From Bacteroidota bacterium (GTDB lineage: Bacteria; Bacteroidota; Bacteroidia; AKYH767-A; OLB10): a DNA stretch of 59,350 nucleotides. Where the stretch lies: positions 1 to 59,350 of the forward strand of contig JAHEKC010000007.1 of assembly GCA_024638565.1 (NCBI GenBank). Direction: 5' to 3'. Shown one piece after another: positions 59,350 to 59,350 of the stretch. How positions within the stretch are numbered: position 1 is the stretch's first letter; the number at the start of each line of letters is the position of its first letter. The position numbers and the translations under genes are program-made. The notes beneath the pieces are model-generated. The model worked only from the letters and a program-made list of their open reading frames with translations. It made no database searches and was not told where the DNA came from.

Positions 59350-59350
59350 C

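Overview
This is a chromosomal window from an aerobic, T9SS-using Bacteroidota, judged from T9SS C-terminal domains, TAnnTTTG -7 promoters and Bacteroidota-type purM/pyrF/nuoG. All family assignments come from recognising motifs by eye, not from database searches. Housekeeping content: a 14-gene nuoA-N complex I cluster (nuoN cut by the window edge), leucine dehydrogenase-nusB, rplU-rpmA, a PorE-like OmpA protein, purM-prfA-pyrF, tRNA-Gly and tRNA-Leu, rpmE2, lon, nth, ccmBCDEF and a kdsC-UbiA-Maf cluster. The best candidate for an undescribed system is the minus-strand run at 35.3-43.1 kb. It encodes a beta-helix lipoprotein, a T9SS-secreted CotH-family kinase, a small lipoprotein, a VTC-domain polyphosphate polymerase, a DUF4956 membrane protein, a DUF2490 outer-membrane barrel and a Ca2+/cation antiporter. 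A second secreted CotH kinase lies about 5 kb from the first. Together these suggest a trans-envelope polyphosphate synthesis/export route feeding surface kinases (inference). The second candidate is a Cys/His-rich leader protein ending in an RAPP ribosome-arrest motif, with alternative RNA pairings, directly upstream of a TonB-dependent receptor. Also noted: the nuo operon is split by an antisense T9SS gene with back-to-back promoters, a LipL32-like pseudogene, a RidA with a signal peptide, and several intergenic repeat structures.
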